Part shown: in pieces, positions 44,790-57,461 of the stretch | Numbering within the stretch: position 1 is the stretch's first letter | Layout of the letters: each line of letters starts with the position of its first letter | NCBI GenBank assembly: GCA_951406725.2 | Contig: OX597825.1 | Span: 48,298,001 to 48,362,000 of the forward strand | Length of the DNA: 64,000 nucleotides | Source: Octopus vulgaris | Taxonomy: Eukaryota | Direction of reading: 5' to 3' | Notes under the pieces: model-generated | The model's input: the letters and a program-made list of their open reading frames with translations, nothing else | Database searches by the model: none | Told to the model about the DNA's origin: nothing | Made by a program: the position numbers and the translations under genes

Positions 44790-45045
44790 CTGGAGCGGGT
44801 GGTTCCCTCAAATTCAATAAAAGAAATCTTGCATGTGTCTACACCTGCTCTTCAAATTTCATACGTGGCTAGCCAACTTAGTTGTATTACTTTTATCGAT
44901 GTGCTGGAAAGAAGCTGAAAAGAAGGTGGTTTGCATAACGTTTCCTTGTCTTGGAACGTAGCTGTAACTTCAACCTCGCATATGATGGAGGCTTTCATAC
45001 ACGTCTGGTTAAGTGGGCAAGCTTCAAGCTTTCGACAGTTACATA
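44790..45045 (-). mobile_element. Penelope-like element, GIY-YIG endonuclease remnant
   Basis: CNCRKLEACPLNQTCMKASIICEVEVT matches the PLE CNC..CPL.G.C...IIY pattern. It is followed by LSWLATYEI*R. Confidence 0.75.
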
Positions 45046-45358
45046 TATATGTATGTATCACAGTGTGTGTGTATGTCTGTCTGTCTGTATGTATGTATGT
45101 GTGTATGTGTGTGTGTATGTATTTATGTATATATATATATATATATAATAAATATTAGGGAATAAATCCAAACTTACAGGGAAAAATCAGATTTAGTATT
45201 GAATCCAATTTTATAGTAAAATATTATATTATATTAAATTAGAGATAAAACCACTATTAGGCAAATCATACAATGAAAAACTTAAGCCAATACATAAGAT
45301 TATTTAATTTATATTATTTAAATATATAACAAAATTATTAAAAAAATATAATTAATAT

Positions 45359-45426
45359 AACACTACGATCGTTTCATGGCTGTTAATTTCTTTAAATTTT
45401 CGAGTTACAGTCATTCATCAGGTGGT
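45359..45426 (-). ncRNA. Type I hammerhead ribozyme, intact catalytic core
   Basis: Minus strand: cac CTGATGA atgactgt...acagccat GAAAC GATC GTA gtg. Stem II pairs 7/8, stem III is the palindrome ACGATCGT, and the site is GUA. Confidence 0.8.
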
Positions 45427-45559
45427 TTAAATATTTAACTTGGCGAGGTTTAATCAATGAACTAAAATTTTGAATCAAAATTTTAGTTCATTGATTAAAC
45501 CTAAAATGATTTGCCTAATAGTGGTTTTATCTCTAATTTAATATAATATATATATATAT

Positions 45560-46003
<444 letters not shown>

Positions 46004-48940
46004 AGCACACCATTCGTATTGATATGACGTACGATTTCTCGTCGTCACTGTTATGTCTGAAGTCTTATATCAAACGCTTCCTTGGGGAGAAATTGCCATA
46101 TGTTTTTCGCTTAGAATCAACTTCTAACATCTTCGTCCGCTTTCTCTTTCTAGTTAACTTGCTCACTGGTTCAGCCCTTTCCTGCGGCACCGGAATATCA
46201 AATATATCTTAAGTATTTCTATAGGCTCTTCCTGTGTATCTCTTTTTTATTTGATTCACATATCTCTTCTGCTAACATGTCTGCCCTTTCACCACATTGT
46301 TCCCAACTTTGTTTTCCATATTTGTACATTGTAAAAAATACTGTATTGAAACAGTTTGTATTATTAACGGTATTCTTCTGAATTTGTTGTTCCCTTCCTG
46401 GTAACAATGTATCAAATACTGATCGTACCTTTCTGGCAATCAGCAGATGACACACCCAAATCTGTGTTGGGGTTAGGCGTTATTGTATAGACGCGTAAAA
46501 ATTTTAACAGTGTAATATCCACTCATGCTTCGTTTTTGGTTTTCCTCAACGCTCTTTTAAACGTATCAACGAACATCTCCGCAAGTCCATTTGACCTCGG
46601 ATGATATGGCGGGGTAGTGACATGTTCCATTTGATGCACCTTACAAAAATCTATGAACTCTTTTGCACTAAATTGCACTATAGTGTCCGGCACACCAAAA
46701 CGTGCAAATATTTCATCCAAAAATTCAGTAGTTAGTTAGCTTTCTGCACTTACAATTTTCAGGCCATTTGGCCATTTTGTGTAACTATCTACTGCTACCA
46801 GGTAATATACACCGTTTAGTTGTTCTGCAAAATTTATGTGTAGTCTAGACCACGGTATATCTGTCTTTGGCCACGTTTGAATCTCTACTGGATGTGCCTT
46901 AGCTGCCAGGGCGGATCTCCTGCATGCTTCCACCAAATTCTCGACATCTTTATCCATACTAGGCCAATAGCTATAACTCCTCAAGATGGCCTTCATCCAA
47001 GCAATTTCAGGATGTCCTACATGAAATTCTTTTAGTATTGTATATTATAGTACAACAGGTATCACAACCCTCTGAGCGTACACCAGCACATTGTCACATC
47101 GAATAGTATTTCGAACCTGTGTTACGTTCAGCGACATATTTTTTGTATTTGTCTCATTCATTATTTTATATTTTCATTTTGTTAATAAATGCATCTTTTT
47201 CTCCTTTACTTTTTATCTCTTCTTATGTGACTGGTAGTTCCAGCACTACATTACAGGGAATATTTTTCAATTCAATTTCTGATTTTAACGCTGTTATTAC
47301 TGTATCTTCAGGCAGTTTTTTATACTTCGGGATCAATCTCGACAACCTGTCCCCATGTCCCAATTTCTTCGAAGACCATAATTCTATTTTGAAATCATAA
47401 TTTAATAAGGTAGTCCCCCAGTTCTGTGATCGATTGGTTATATGTGTAGGGACACCTTTTTTTGATCCATATATTGTTAATAGTGGGCGGTGATCTGTCT
47501 GCAAGGTAAACTTTTGCCGTACAGGAATTTATGAAATTTTTTCATGGCAAACATAATGGCTAGTGCCTCTTTTTCTATTTGGCTATAATTTATTTCCGCC
47601 GATAGTAATGCACGTGACGCGTGTGCGATCAGTTTTACGTTACCATTTTCCAACTTATGTAAGATTACTGCTCCGATCACAGACTCGCTAGCATCTGATG
47701 CTACAAATATTTTTATTTTCGGATCAAAATGTGCTAGAGATAGCTCTGACGTTAACATCTTTTTAATCTCTTCGAATGCTTTTTGGCATTCGTCAGTCTA
47801 ACACCATTTCACATCTTTTTTTTAAAGGTGATCTTAGCTCATGCATTCTTGGAATATATATTTGATAATAATTCGCAAGCCTTAGAAAAGCTTGTAAGGT
47901 TGATAAGTTAGTCAGATGAGGCATATCTTTAATTGCGTCAGCCCTCGACGGGTCCGGTCGTCGTCCATTCCTGTCGATAATTTGTCCTAAATACTTAATT
48001 TCAGGTAAGAAAATGTTCATATTTTCCCTCACTCAGTGTGAAACCGTATTCTCTTATTTTTTCAAAAACATACTTTACGTGCTCAACATGCTGATCACGA
48101 AATTCACTTTTAATTGATATATAATCCAGATATGGAATTTCGAATTCACACTCTGCTACCATTGTATCAACAACCGGCTAAAAAATTGCAGGTGCGACTC
48201 TTATTCTGAAAGGAAGTCGTTTAAACTTGTATAACCCTTTGTGCGTGTTATCCTCAACAGCTTGGAACATTCTTCGTCAACTTGCAGCTTCCGATAAATC
48301 TAATTTAGAAAGCGTTTGCTTCCATTAAGCTTGGCAAAAATCTCCTCTAGACTTGGTAACGGATAGTTATAAGTTTTCAGACATTCATTAAATCCCATGG
48401 AAAAATCAGCGCAGACCCTTATTTTGTTTTTCTTTTTTTTATGTACACAGTTGGTGCAGCCTATTCCAAATAGTCTAATTTTTGTATTACACCAATATTC
48501 TCAAAACTTTTCAATTCTTTTTCTTCTTGATTCAGTGCCGCACAAGGCACAGCTCTCTTTGGTTTAAAAACCGGAACAGTATTTTATTTTAGTTGGAATT
48601 TCAATTTTATTTTTGTACATCTACCAAGTTATTCTGAAAAACAGGAAGATATATTTTTTTAAATCTCATTTTTAACTTCTCAGATGCATTGTTCGAACTG
48701 GCGTGCGACGCATTCACGTTATTACAGAAAATGTTACCATCCAATCTGTACCAAGCAGATTAATGGTATTTTCTGATATGTAGACCTTCGCTTTGAACGT
48801 CTTCCCATGAAATGTTACATCTGGCATCAATTCACCCAGGAATCGAACTTGCTGTCCAGAGACTCCACGAGCTATTTGCTTTGTCTTCTTGAACGTAGTC
48901 TTCCCATTTTCTTCTAAGTTTCAGTATTTATTATTGATAT

Positions 48941-49355
48941 GGCGGCGAGCTGGCAGAAACGTTAGCACGCCGGGCGAAATGCGTAACCGTATTTCGTCTG
49001 CGTGTCGTTGTGAGTTCAAATTCCGCCGAGGTCGACTTTGCCTTTCATCCTTTCGGGGTCGATAAATAAAGTACCAGTTACGCACTGGGGTCGATGTAAT
49101 CGACTTAACCCTTTTGTCTGTCCTTGTTTGTCCCCTCTGTGTTTAGTCTCTTGTGGGTAGTAAAGAAATAGGTATTTCGTCTGCCACTACGTTCTGAGTT
49201 CAAATTCCGCCGAGGTCGACTTTGCCTTTCGTCCTTTCGGGGTCGATTAAATTAAGTACCAGTTACGCACTGGGGTTGATATAATCGACTTAATCCGTTT
49301 GTCTGTCCTTGTTTGACCTCTCTGTGTTTAGCCCCTTGTGGGTAGTAAAGAAATA
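48941..49355 (+). mobile_element. Dimeric Meta-like SINE inserted in the Gypsy protease region, with a 15-bp TSD
   Basis: TSD AGTATTTATTATTGA at 48923-48937 and 49356-49370. The body and tail are repeated from 49171. Confidence 0.93.
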
Positions 49356-49900
49356 AGTATTTATTATTGAGATATCGCTCCCTGTGTCTAGTTGTATACT
49401 TGTATTTTATATTATTAATTTTTACCGACACAATTTTTTTCACTTTACTATCTGTTTTCATTGAAAACACTTTGTTTTTCCGTTCGACCTTTCCTTTTTC
49501 GCCCAACACTGCGGCTGTTTATGCCCCGTTTTGGCACAAGCCAAACATTCTTTGTTCCTAAAGGGGCAGTCCCTTTTGAAGTGCAACTTGCCACAACCAT
49601 AACACGGTTTGAGCCTTGTTTGTTTTAACCTTCTATAGTATGAAGAAAATGTAATCTCATCTTCGGGATTATACAGGAATTCTTAAATGGAGTTGGTCAC
49701 TCCATCCGCCGAATACGACGCCGCTGGGTTTTGGGATTGTAGCAATAACTCTATCAACGCTGTTGTTGTTGGTGTTCACGGTATTCTTGCTGCTGCTGCA
49801 ACTGTTGTTGTTGCTTCACGATGGAAGTTAGTAGTTCTTCCATTTCGACACTCCTACCTTGTTACCACTGTTATAACGACACCATTATACAGTGGGAGGT

Positions 49901-49913
49901 ATCCTCGTCGCCA
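49901..49913 (-). promoter_or_regulatory. Primer-binding site complementary to the 3' end of tRNA-Ser(GCU)
   Basis: Minus-strand TGGCGACGAGGAT lies 1 nt inside the LTR end. The + strand ATCCTCGTCGCCA matches the metazoan tRNA-Ser(GCU) 3' end as I recall it. Confidence 0.8.
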
Positions 49914-51639
49914 CTGATATGACGTACGACTTCTTGTCGTCATGTTACATCTAAACTGTTATAATATCAAACGTTCTTGATGTTCTCTTATTACTCTCCA
50001 ACAGTGCATCTTCAACAAGCACTCCACAATATATCTCTTCAATAATTCCTACGACCTGTACACTATGACTGCGCATACGACACTCTAATTTCTTTATTTG
50101 GCAACTAAGGGCCCAACGCAGGGGGGGGGGCAATACAAAGACAGACAAAACATTTAAGAGAGCATCCCCCCACTTTTTTTATATTCGTTAAAAAATTTTG
50201 ATTGTTACAAGTAACGATGTTTAAAAATGTAATTTACCTGGGCTCATAAGCCCACCACCATTGACCAACGTTTCCTTTTTTCCGTTTAGGGTGGCTGAGC
50301 TTAGCCGGCTCCATCCATTCCTAACTTTCTCTCTACGTTCATCCATCTTTACCGAAACATGCTATGCGACAGGTATCTCCTTTCCAGCAGGATCTTACTT
50401 TTTAGTTGATACGACAAGGAAAGTGACACACCATTTGGCATATATTGTTTTCACATCAATATCATTTATCAGTAACACTCTAAAATATTGTTCAACACAA
50501 TTTACAAACATCCTATCATTCACTTTCCTGCGCACACACACAGTACGACTCTCTCTCTCTCTCTCTGAAAGTGGACTAAATTTTTAGAGAACAAAAGGAA
50601 GACATCCACAGTCGTATTCCCGGTCACATGTCTTCATCTGTTATGATTTTTTTTTGCACATGTCAGTAAAACCAGCTTTTTGTAATCCCGTGTTCATGTG
50701 TCTATGAGAAAAAATCACTTTAACTTCCAAACATGTGCGCAACAAGTCTTATGTGGACCATAATGATGTAAAAAAAAAAAACACCAGAGATTTCTACACA
50801 AAAAAACTCGTGTCTGCACCAGTTTAGATTTATATAAAGGTATATAATCTAAAATATAGAAATATTCAGGTTTATGAGAAGAAACTAGTTGATAGGGTAT
50901 GGGAATCTTCTCAGCTATTCTTTCAGCAGAATTAAATATTCTCAAGTATTTCCCTGTCCGCAGTGTGTCACTTTGAACAAATTCAAATAAGTACAAGGTC
51001 AGAATAACTTTTTGGTAGTTGTGAGTTTTGTTCTTCTATATTCAAGGTTCAAATCCTTGTCATTCTTCTGGGGTCAATAGAAACAACTCCATACATAAAC
51101 TTAAGTAAATTCATTCGACAAAATCCACTCCCTGCAAACTGGCGAGGATAGAAAAGGAAATCACTGTCAACTATTTTTGTTCTCCCCCATACCCATCCAT
51201 CGAGCTATTTATCCAGCTTGTGGGTTTAAAAAAACCCAAGGTTTTGGCTTTTAAACAGCAGAACTCTGTGTTTATAAACAACCAGCGACGGTGAGTTATG
51301 CTGTGTCAAGTTTTAGTCAAGACCCTATTGTCACAGAATTTGTTTTGTCCAAAAACATCAGTGCAGAAGGTCACTACTTAATCACGAGGCAAAATCTAAC
51401 AGAGGAATCAAAGTTTATTGATGTACAGCTTTCAAGATTCGGATATCAAATGTAGCAGGATTATTCGAACTCACAATGGAATAGTAAACTTTCTACTTCC
51501 TATTTCAAAACACTTTACACACGCACGCACAAACACGCACACGCACACAGACACAGACATACACACACACACACACATACACACACACACACACACACAC
51601 ATATACAAACGTACATACATACACGTATGAGCACATAAG

Positions 51640-51950
51640 TAGGTGCAGTACGGCCCAATGCTTATGAAGTTAGTTCGCTTCGAATCACAACTTCGAGTCG
51701 TGACAAGCTTGTGTCATTTTCTATTGCCTCCGGTTGACGCACATCGTGTGAGTGAACTGGGTAGACGGAAACTGTAATGAAGCACGCCGAGGGATTGTTC
51801 CTTTGATTCAGAAGGAAGAGACAGACATTATATCCTGCTGATTCTGCACGAGAATTAGGTTAAGGGTATACGTGTCCGTAAAAAACTCAACCATTTAGGG
51901 CAATTTAATTCAGTCGACAGAACAACTTAATCCTCATTGCCGAAGGACGG
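51640..51950 (+). mobile_element. Diverged CORE-type SINE with an alternative 3' tail
   Basis: TTCTATTGCCTCCGGTTGAC...GTGAGTGAACTGGGTAGACGGAAACTG, then a GTTAAGGGTATACGTGTC tail instead of the CR1-like tail. Confidence 0.6.
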
Positions 51951-53949
51951 ACATACACAAACACGCACAACCACACACGCACAACCATACACGCACACAG
52001 ACACAGACACACACGCGCGCGCGCGCATGGGATACTTTATTGCATCTCCGGGAATTAACTCCCCATCACTATAAATTGGTTAACTCTTACATACTAAAAT
52101 GATTATACCTTACAGACTAAAGCTTGATTATATTCAAAGTTATTGCTCCTATCCTTGCTATATCTTTTCTAAACTTAACTTCAAATGAGACCAAATAAGT
52201 TCAAAAATCAAACGTTATTATTGAGCTAAAAATTAATGATCGTCTCTATAGGTATTGTTCTGTGAAGTCCATTCTAAGATACAATCAGTTATCTAAGCCG
52301 AAGCTAAATTTAAACTTGATCTGCTGACAGAGAAGCATTTATTTTTACTTGTATGTGTGTGTTTCTCCTGCAAATAGCTGTCGCATTTGTCGTTTACAGT
52401 TGGTTCTGTGACGACATTAAATTTAGTGTTTGTTCATTGTTATTTATAGCTGACTGCAACTGAAACAAATTCATTAATCGCCCTGGGAACTACAACGCCA
52501 GTGTTAATCGATAGGAAGCCAACACGTGTTCTCTGAAAGGAAACCTCGTTAATGTAGGTCATTGAACAAATGAATATTAATCAGTGGTGGCTCACATCTA
52601 TAAAACAACTATACCGGACTTCATAGATTTGAATTGCTTTATTTTATATATTTATTGGGTTTTTTTTGAGACAAACCCACGACTTCTACAAAGACCAGGG
52701 GTCAGGAACATGTGGCTATTAGAAGCTCTGTTTTTTATTCTTTCTTTTTCCTGAATGCAAACATATATCAATTTGAGGGTGTATTTAAATTTTAGTAGAT
52801 GTGCAGGTGCCGATTAGGCGCATAAAACATTTATTTATAAATAAATTTATGGGTAGATAAAATGAGTTCTTTGTTGGTAATCCAACACCGTCATTGATTC
52901 GATTCGTTTTCAGTTCAGTTTCATCAACGATTTTTTCATAAATTTATAACTTCATGTCTCGCCACTCTTGATTTTTTTAACGTAATTTATTGCGTTTTTG
53001 TTCCTTTTTTAATCAAATAACTTCTAATCAACTTACCAACGCCAAAATGGAATACCTTGAGCTGGAACTCTTGCTTCTCCCAAAGACTTTAGTGCTTATT
53101 TTTAACATCTTTTGTTTTTCGTTTTGGATCCATTTCGTTTTCGTTTCCTTTTTAAATAAACAATTTAGTAATCGAAAAAAACGAACCGAATCGAAATAGA
53201 TTTGCCCCGATTAATATTATTGCTGGGTTAAAAAGTAATTTAGTTATTGTCTCAAAATTGCTAGTTATCCTCTTTATTTCATTGCCCTTTGCGTATGTTG
53301 TGCGGGACTGTAGAAAAGACTGATAACTGATAATTATGATAAACTGATTGAAAGCAGTTCAATGATGGTCTTTGATATAGGTTTAGGGTATTCTTGCTGC
53401 CGTGTCTGCTGCCAGTAGGTAATAACATCTGATGGGCAAAAGTTTTCTAAAATTTATATAGTGATTGATTCGTTGTGGTTCGATAGAATGATTAAGTTTG
53501 ATCTGGAAAAAAATAAATAAAAAGATCAGAAAGAGAAAAAAGAAAAACACGAAAATTTGAAAATTTGCGATGAAAAGTGCTTCAACATATAGCTTTGGGT
53601 CAGAAATGCGCTTTCGTTGTAAGTCTTACAGAAGGACATTTGGAATATCTGAAAAAAAAAAAAAAAGTGGTATCAGGAACATCACAATTTTAGAAATATA
53701 GAAAATGAAATTGAAGAAGTCTACCGTTTTACAGAAAATCATTAACTGGTCAAAATTTTAGAAATTCTAAGTCCGAAAAAACTAATATTATATCCAAGTC
53801 CAGACAAACTAATTCTGGGTAGTTATAAAAGCATAAAATAAATAGGGCATTCAGAATTAAACCTATTTTTGTATGTATTTAATCAACTGAAAATATTGCA
53901 GAAAGTTATCTGATTAAAGTCTGTTATATTCCTGGAAGAAAATAACTTG

Positions 53950-55260
53950 CTCATAAACATACAACATGACTTCCATCTAGGGAGAAGCTGCCTCACACAG
54001 TTACTACAGAATTACTTCTAGGTAGAGCAACAGCAGCTTAACCATTCACATGTGGATGTAATTTATCTTGAATTTGTTAAGGCCGTTGACAAAGTTGAAC
54101 ATAAGATGATGTCACAAATCGCATGACCTTGGCGGAAAACAGGGAAAGTGTCTGCATGACTTTCTAAAAGTCAGAAGTGAGGCAGTTGCAGCCAGTGGTG
54201 CTCTCTCTGGAGAGACATCAATCTGCAGCGGAGTCCCTCAAGGGACTATGTTGGGACCATTACTGGCTCTCCCAGATATACCTTCAGCCATACAGTCAGC
54301 TACTCTCATCAGCAACGCTGATGATACAAAGGTATAACAAGAGGTCAAGGACCTTGATGACATACTAAAACTGCAAAACATCTGCATGCAATATACAAAT
54401 AAGCTGACAAAAACAACATGAAATTCAATTCTGACACCCCTATCAGCCCACAAACAGACTACAATCGGAATGCACATAACCAGGATGTAAGGTAATCACA
54501 GACTTAGAGTCAGTGCATGACCTGAGAGTCCACATGAGTAATGATGCAACATTCAATATGCATGTTAACAAGATGGCATCACTGTACAGGCGAGTAGCTG
54601 GAGGTATTCTGAAATCATTCAAAACCAGAAAAATGATATCATGCTAATTCTATGGAGAACTTTCGTCCTCAGTTGTCTGGATTACAGCACCCAACTATGG
54701 TCACCGCAAAGCGTCTAACTGGTGGCGGAACTTGAGGCAATCCAGCACCACTACACATAGAATATTGACTCGGTGAAACAGATGAACTACTGGGAGACGC
54801 TAAAGGAACTGAAGCACTACTCCCTACAGGGAAGGCGTGAAAAATATGCAGTGATACATATATAGAACATTCTGGAAGGTTTAACTCCCAATTGAAAGCC
54901 ATATCGCTATCAAACGGAACGGTACTCCATAATACCAAAGATGTCGTCTTCTCCATCTCGAATAAAGACCCAATACTGTAACAACTTGGGTTTCAGGGGT
55001 CCACAACAATTCTACATTTTGCCAAATAACCTCAGAGATTTGCGAGGTGTAGATGTGGAATTCTTCAAAGGGCACCTGGGCAAATTTCTATCTGAAATAC
55101 CAGATGAACTCACAACGTGGCAGGAGGTACAAAAAAGAGCATCTCCGTCCAGCTTGCTACTTCACCAAAAACAGTACATAGAGGAAACTCAAACTCACCG
55201 AAAGGCGGTGCTCCAGCATTGCCCCAGCCTTTAGCTGAAACCTGTATAAGATAAAAGATA
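53950..55260 (+). mobile_element. CR1/L2-group LINE, RT and 3' end, defective
   Basis: GRSCLTQLL, VDVIYLEFVKAVDKVEH, SGVPQGTMLGP, NADDTK, LDYSTQLWSP and FLSEIPDE, then a 3' UTR with a (GATAA)-like tail. Confidence 0.92.
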
Positions 55261-55317
55261 TGTAAAAGATATGAAAGAAGCCCGTCGTTCATATATGTAT
55301 GTATGTATATATGTATG

Positions 55318-55351
<34 letters not shown>

Positions 55352-55394
55352 TGTATGTATGTATGTATGTATGTATGTATAATTATATGTTATA

Positions 55395-55425
<31 letters not shown>

Positions 55426-55858
55426 TTTTGATTAATCTGCTACAAGATTATTCATCTTTCTATTTCACATAATATATATATATATATATATATATCGTAT
55501 TTCTCTCTCACTTCTATCTTTTCTCTTTTCAAAAAAATGTTTTTCCCACCGTTCACTGTTTTCCTCTCGTTCTGGTCTAACGACCCACCATGTTTGTTTT
55601 CGTTCAGTTTCCTTGTATGTCGCTACTGTCATTGTTCTGTTCCCAACTTTGACCCACCATAAATTCTAAATTTTATTTTAGAATTTATGGGAGCAATTGT
55701 CTTTGAAGACTTATATTGTCGTTGAATGCTCGAAATGAGGAGTAGATAGACAGCCAACTGATGATGAGTCCTTTCTCTGTGATTACTTCTCTTGTTCTCG
55801 TTGTTTACGTACCTCACGTTATTTGCACTACTGGTGACGTCCTGCTCCCATATATGAA

Positions 55859-55937
<79 letters not shown>

Positions 55938-55979
55938 GTATATTTATTAATTAATTATTTTATTATTCTAGTTTATTTT

Positions 55980-56069
55980 TAACCTGATGAGTGGGTATAT
56001 TTATATTGAAGTGATTTTACTATTACTATAATAATTTTTTAAAATATAGCCACGAAACACGTATCGTTA
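55980..56069 (+). ncRNA. Hammerhead motif with a long stem II, in a ~300-bp TA-flanked unit
   Basis: taac CTGATGA gtgggtatattt...aaatatagccac GAAAC AC GTA tc gtta. Stem II pairs 11/12; the stem I/III register is imperfect. Confidence 0.6.
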
Positions 56070-56228
56070 TTCTACCAATTATATACGTTTTTATTATTTT
56101 TTTTTTTGCAATTTACTTAATCTTTGATATTTTATTATTATTTTAATTTTAATATGTCTATTATATGTAACATTTCTAGATGGTGTAATTTAATTGTTCA
56201 TTTTGAATTGATAAAAGGTGTTTTTTTC

Positions 56229-56260
<32 letters not shown>

Positions 56261-56265
<5 letters not shown>

Positions 56266-56711
56266 AAATCAAATTGCGATAAAATAAAAATAATTATAAT
56301 CGCTGGTATTACTAACACAAGCCATATATTTTTCATATATCAGTACATTAAGGCGAAATATGTGCTAGGAATACAGAAGCTAGATAAATTAAGTGAAATG
56401 AAGATAAAAACATTTACTAAACCGGTAATTCTCAGACTGCAGTTTCTTTCTTTTCAGCAATAAAGATAATTTATTTGCCCAGGGAGAATTCTTCAGTGAG
56501 ACCCTGTTTTTCTGGGATCCTAACTCACTAGAAGCATGTGCGTCTAATGAATTACTCTCCCTAACTAATCATATCACTGCGCAGACTCCGAACGTCCCGA
56601 CAACACTAGGGAATTCTGGTATATCGCCTGGCGCTCATAATTTATCGAGAAATATGTAAACAAATCAAATTGCGATAAAATAAAAATAATTATAATCGCT
56701 GGTATTACTAA
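56261..56711 (-). mobile_element. 396-bp hammerhead-containing monomer with a 55-bp terminal redundancy (retrozyme- or pLTR-like)
   Basis: Identical 55-mers at 56261-56315 and 56657-56711, TA repeats on both flanks, and an internal hammerhead. Confidence 0.65.
56430..56501 (-). ncRNA. Type I hammerhead ribozyme, intact core nucleotides
   Basis: Minus strand: tctca CTGAAGA attct...agaaa GAAAC TGCA GTC tgaga. Stem I pairs 5/5, stem III is the palindrome ACTGCAGT, and the site is GUC. The base of stem II has an A.A apposition. Confidence 0.78.
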
Positions 56712-57074
56712 TATATATTATATATAAATATTATTTATTATATATATACATTATTTATTATATATATATTATATATTATTATATATATATTATATATTAT
56801 TATATATATATTATATATTATTACATATATATTATATATTATTATATATATATTATATATTATTATATATATATTATATATTATTATATATATATCATTT
56901 ATTATATATTATATATTATTTATTATATATATACTATATTATTTATTATATATATATTATTTATTATATATATTATATATTATTTATTATGTATATATTA
57001 TATATTAACTATTATACATATTATACTATTTATTATATATATTATATATATATTATATTAGTTATTATATATAT
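56712..57074. repeat. Almost pure A/T compound satellite (TATTA/TATAT)
   Basis: Directly visible. Confidence 0.95.
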
Positions 57075-57461
57075 AGCAATAATAAATCTCTGAACGAGAT
57101 GTAAACAGTAACTGCTCGACAACGTAAAGTATACTAGCCATCTCAATATGGCTAACCACTAAGGGTAAGGGTGGGTGTTACTGTAGCTTTTAGCCCCAGA
57201 AGATCATCGTCTCCAGCTGGCTTTAGGCACACTTTCTGTGACCTTATGGTATTTGCAAAGGCAGGTCATCCCTCTCTCGTAAACCTAAGTGACACGCTCG
57301 GACTGCAGTTTCTAGGTATTTGCCTGTCTTCGACGTACGGCAGTCACCGGTTTACGATGAAAGGGAGACCTGTTTGCAAATACTTATAGGTTTTTCTAGT
57401 AACTTCCGCCGCTGATTTCGAAAAACTGTCTGCAAGCAATAATAAATCTCTGAACGAGATG
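57075..57461 (-). mobile_element. 360-bp hammerhead-containing monomer with a 27-bp terminal redundancy
   Basis: AGCAATAATAAATCTCTGAACGAGATG is at 57075-57101 and 57435-57461. The interior is a long hairpin capped by a hammerhead motif. Confidence 0.6.
57295..57339 (-). ncRNA. Degenerate type I hammerhead
   Basis: Minus strand: cgtacg TCGAAGA cagg caaata ccta GAAAC TGCA GTC cgagcg. The C3/U4 positions are altered. Confidence 0.62.

Larger units (their letters stand above)
46020..50082 (-). mobile_element. Decayed Ty3/Gypsy LTR retrotransposon (Mag-like)
   Basis: Domain order is gag (two CCHC knuckles, CYGCGKLHFKRDC and CLACAKTGHKQPQC), PR (QLDTGSDISII), RT (YPLPSLEEIFAKL, YLDY), RH (DASESVIG, YSQIEKEALAI, TDHRPL), IN (WSRLHINF, PPYHPRSNGLAE). 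Matching LTR ends TGATATGACGTACGA are at 46020 and 49915. The outer 5' LTR edge is approximate. Confidence 0.93.

Noticed and set aside
52696-53200. CAGGGGTC-start hAT MITE
   Set aside because: I found no matching right TIR or 8-bp TSD.
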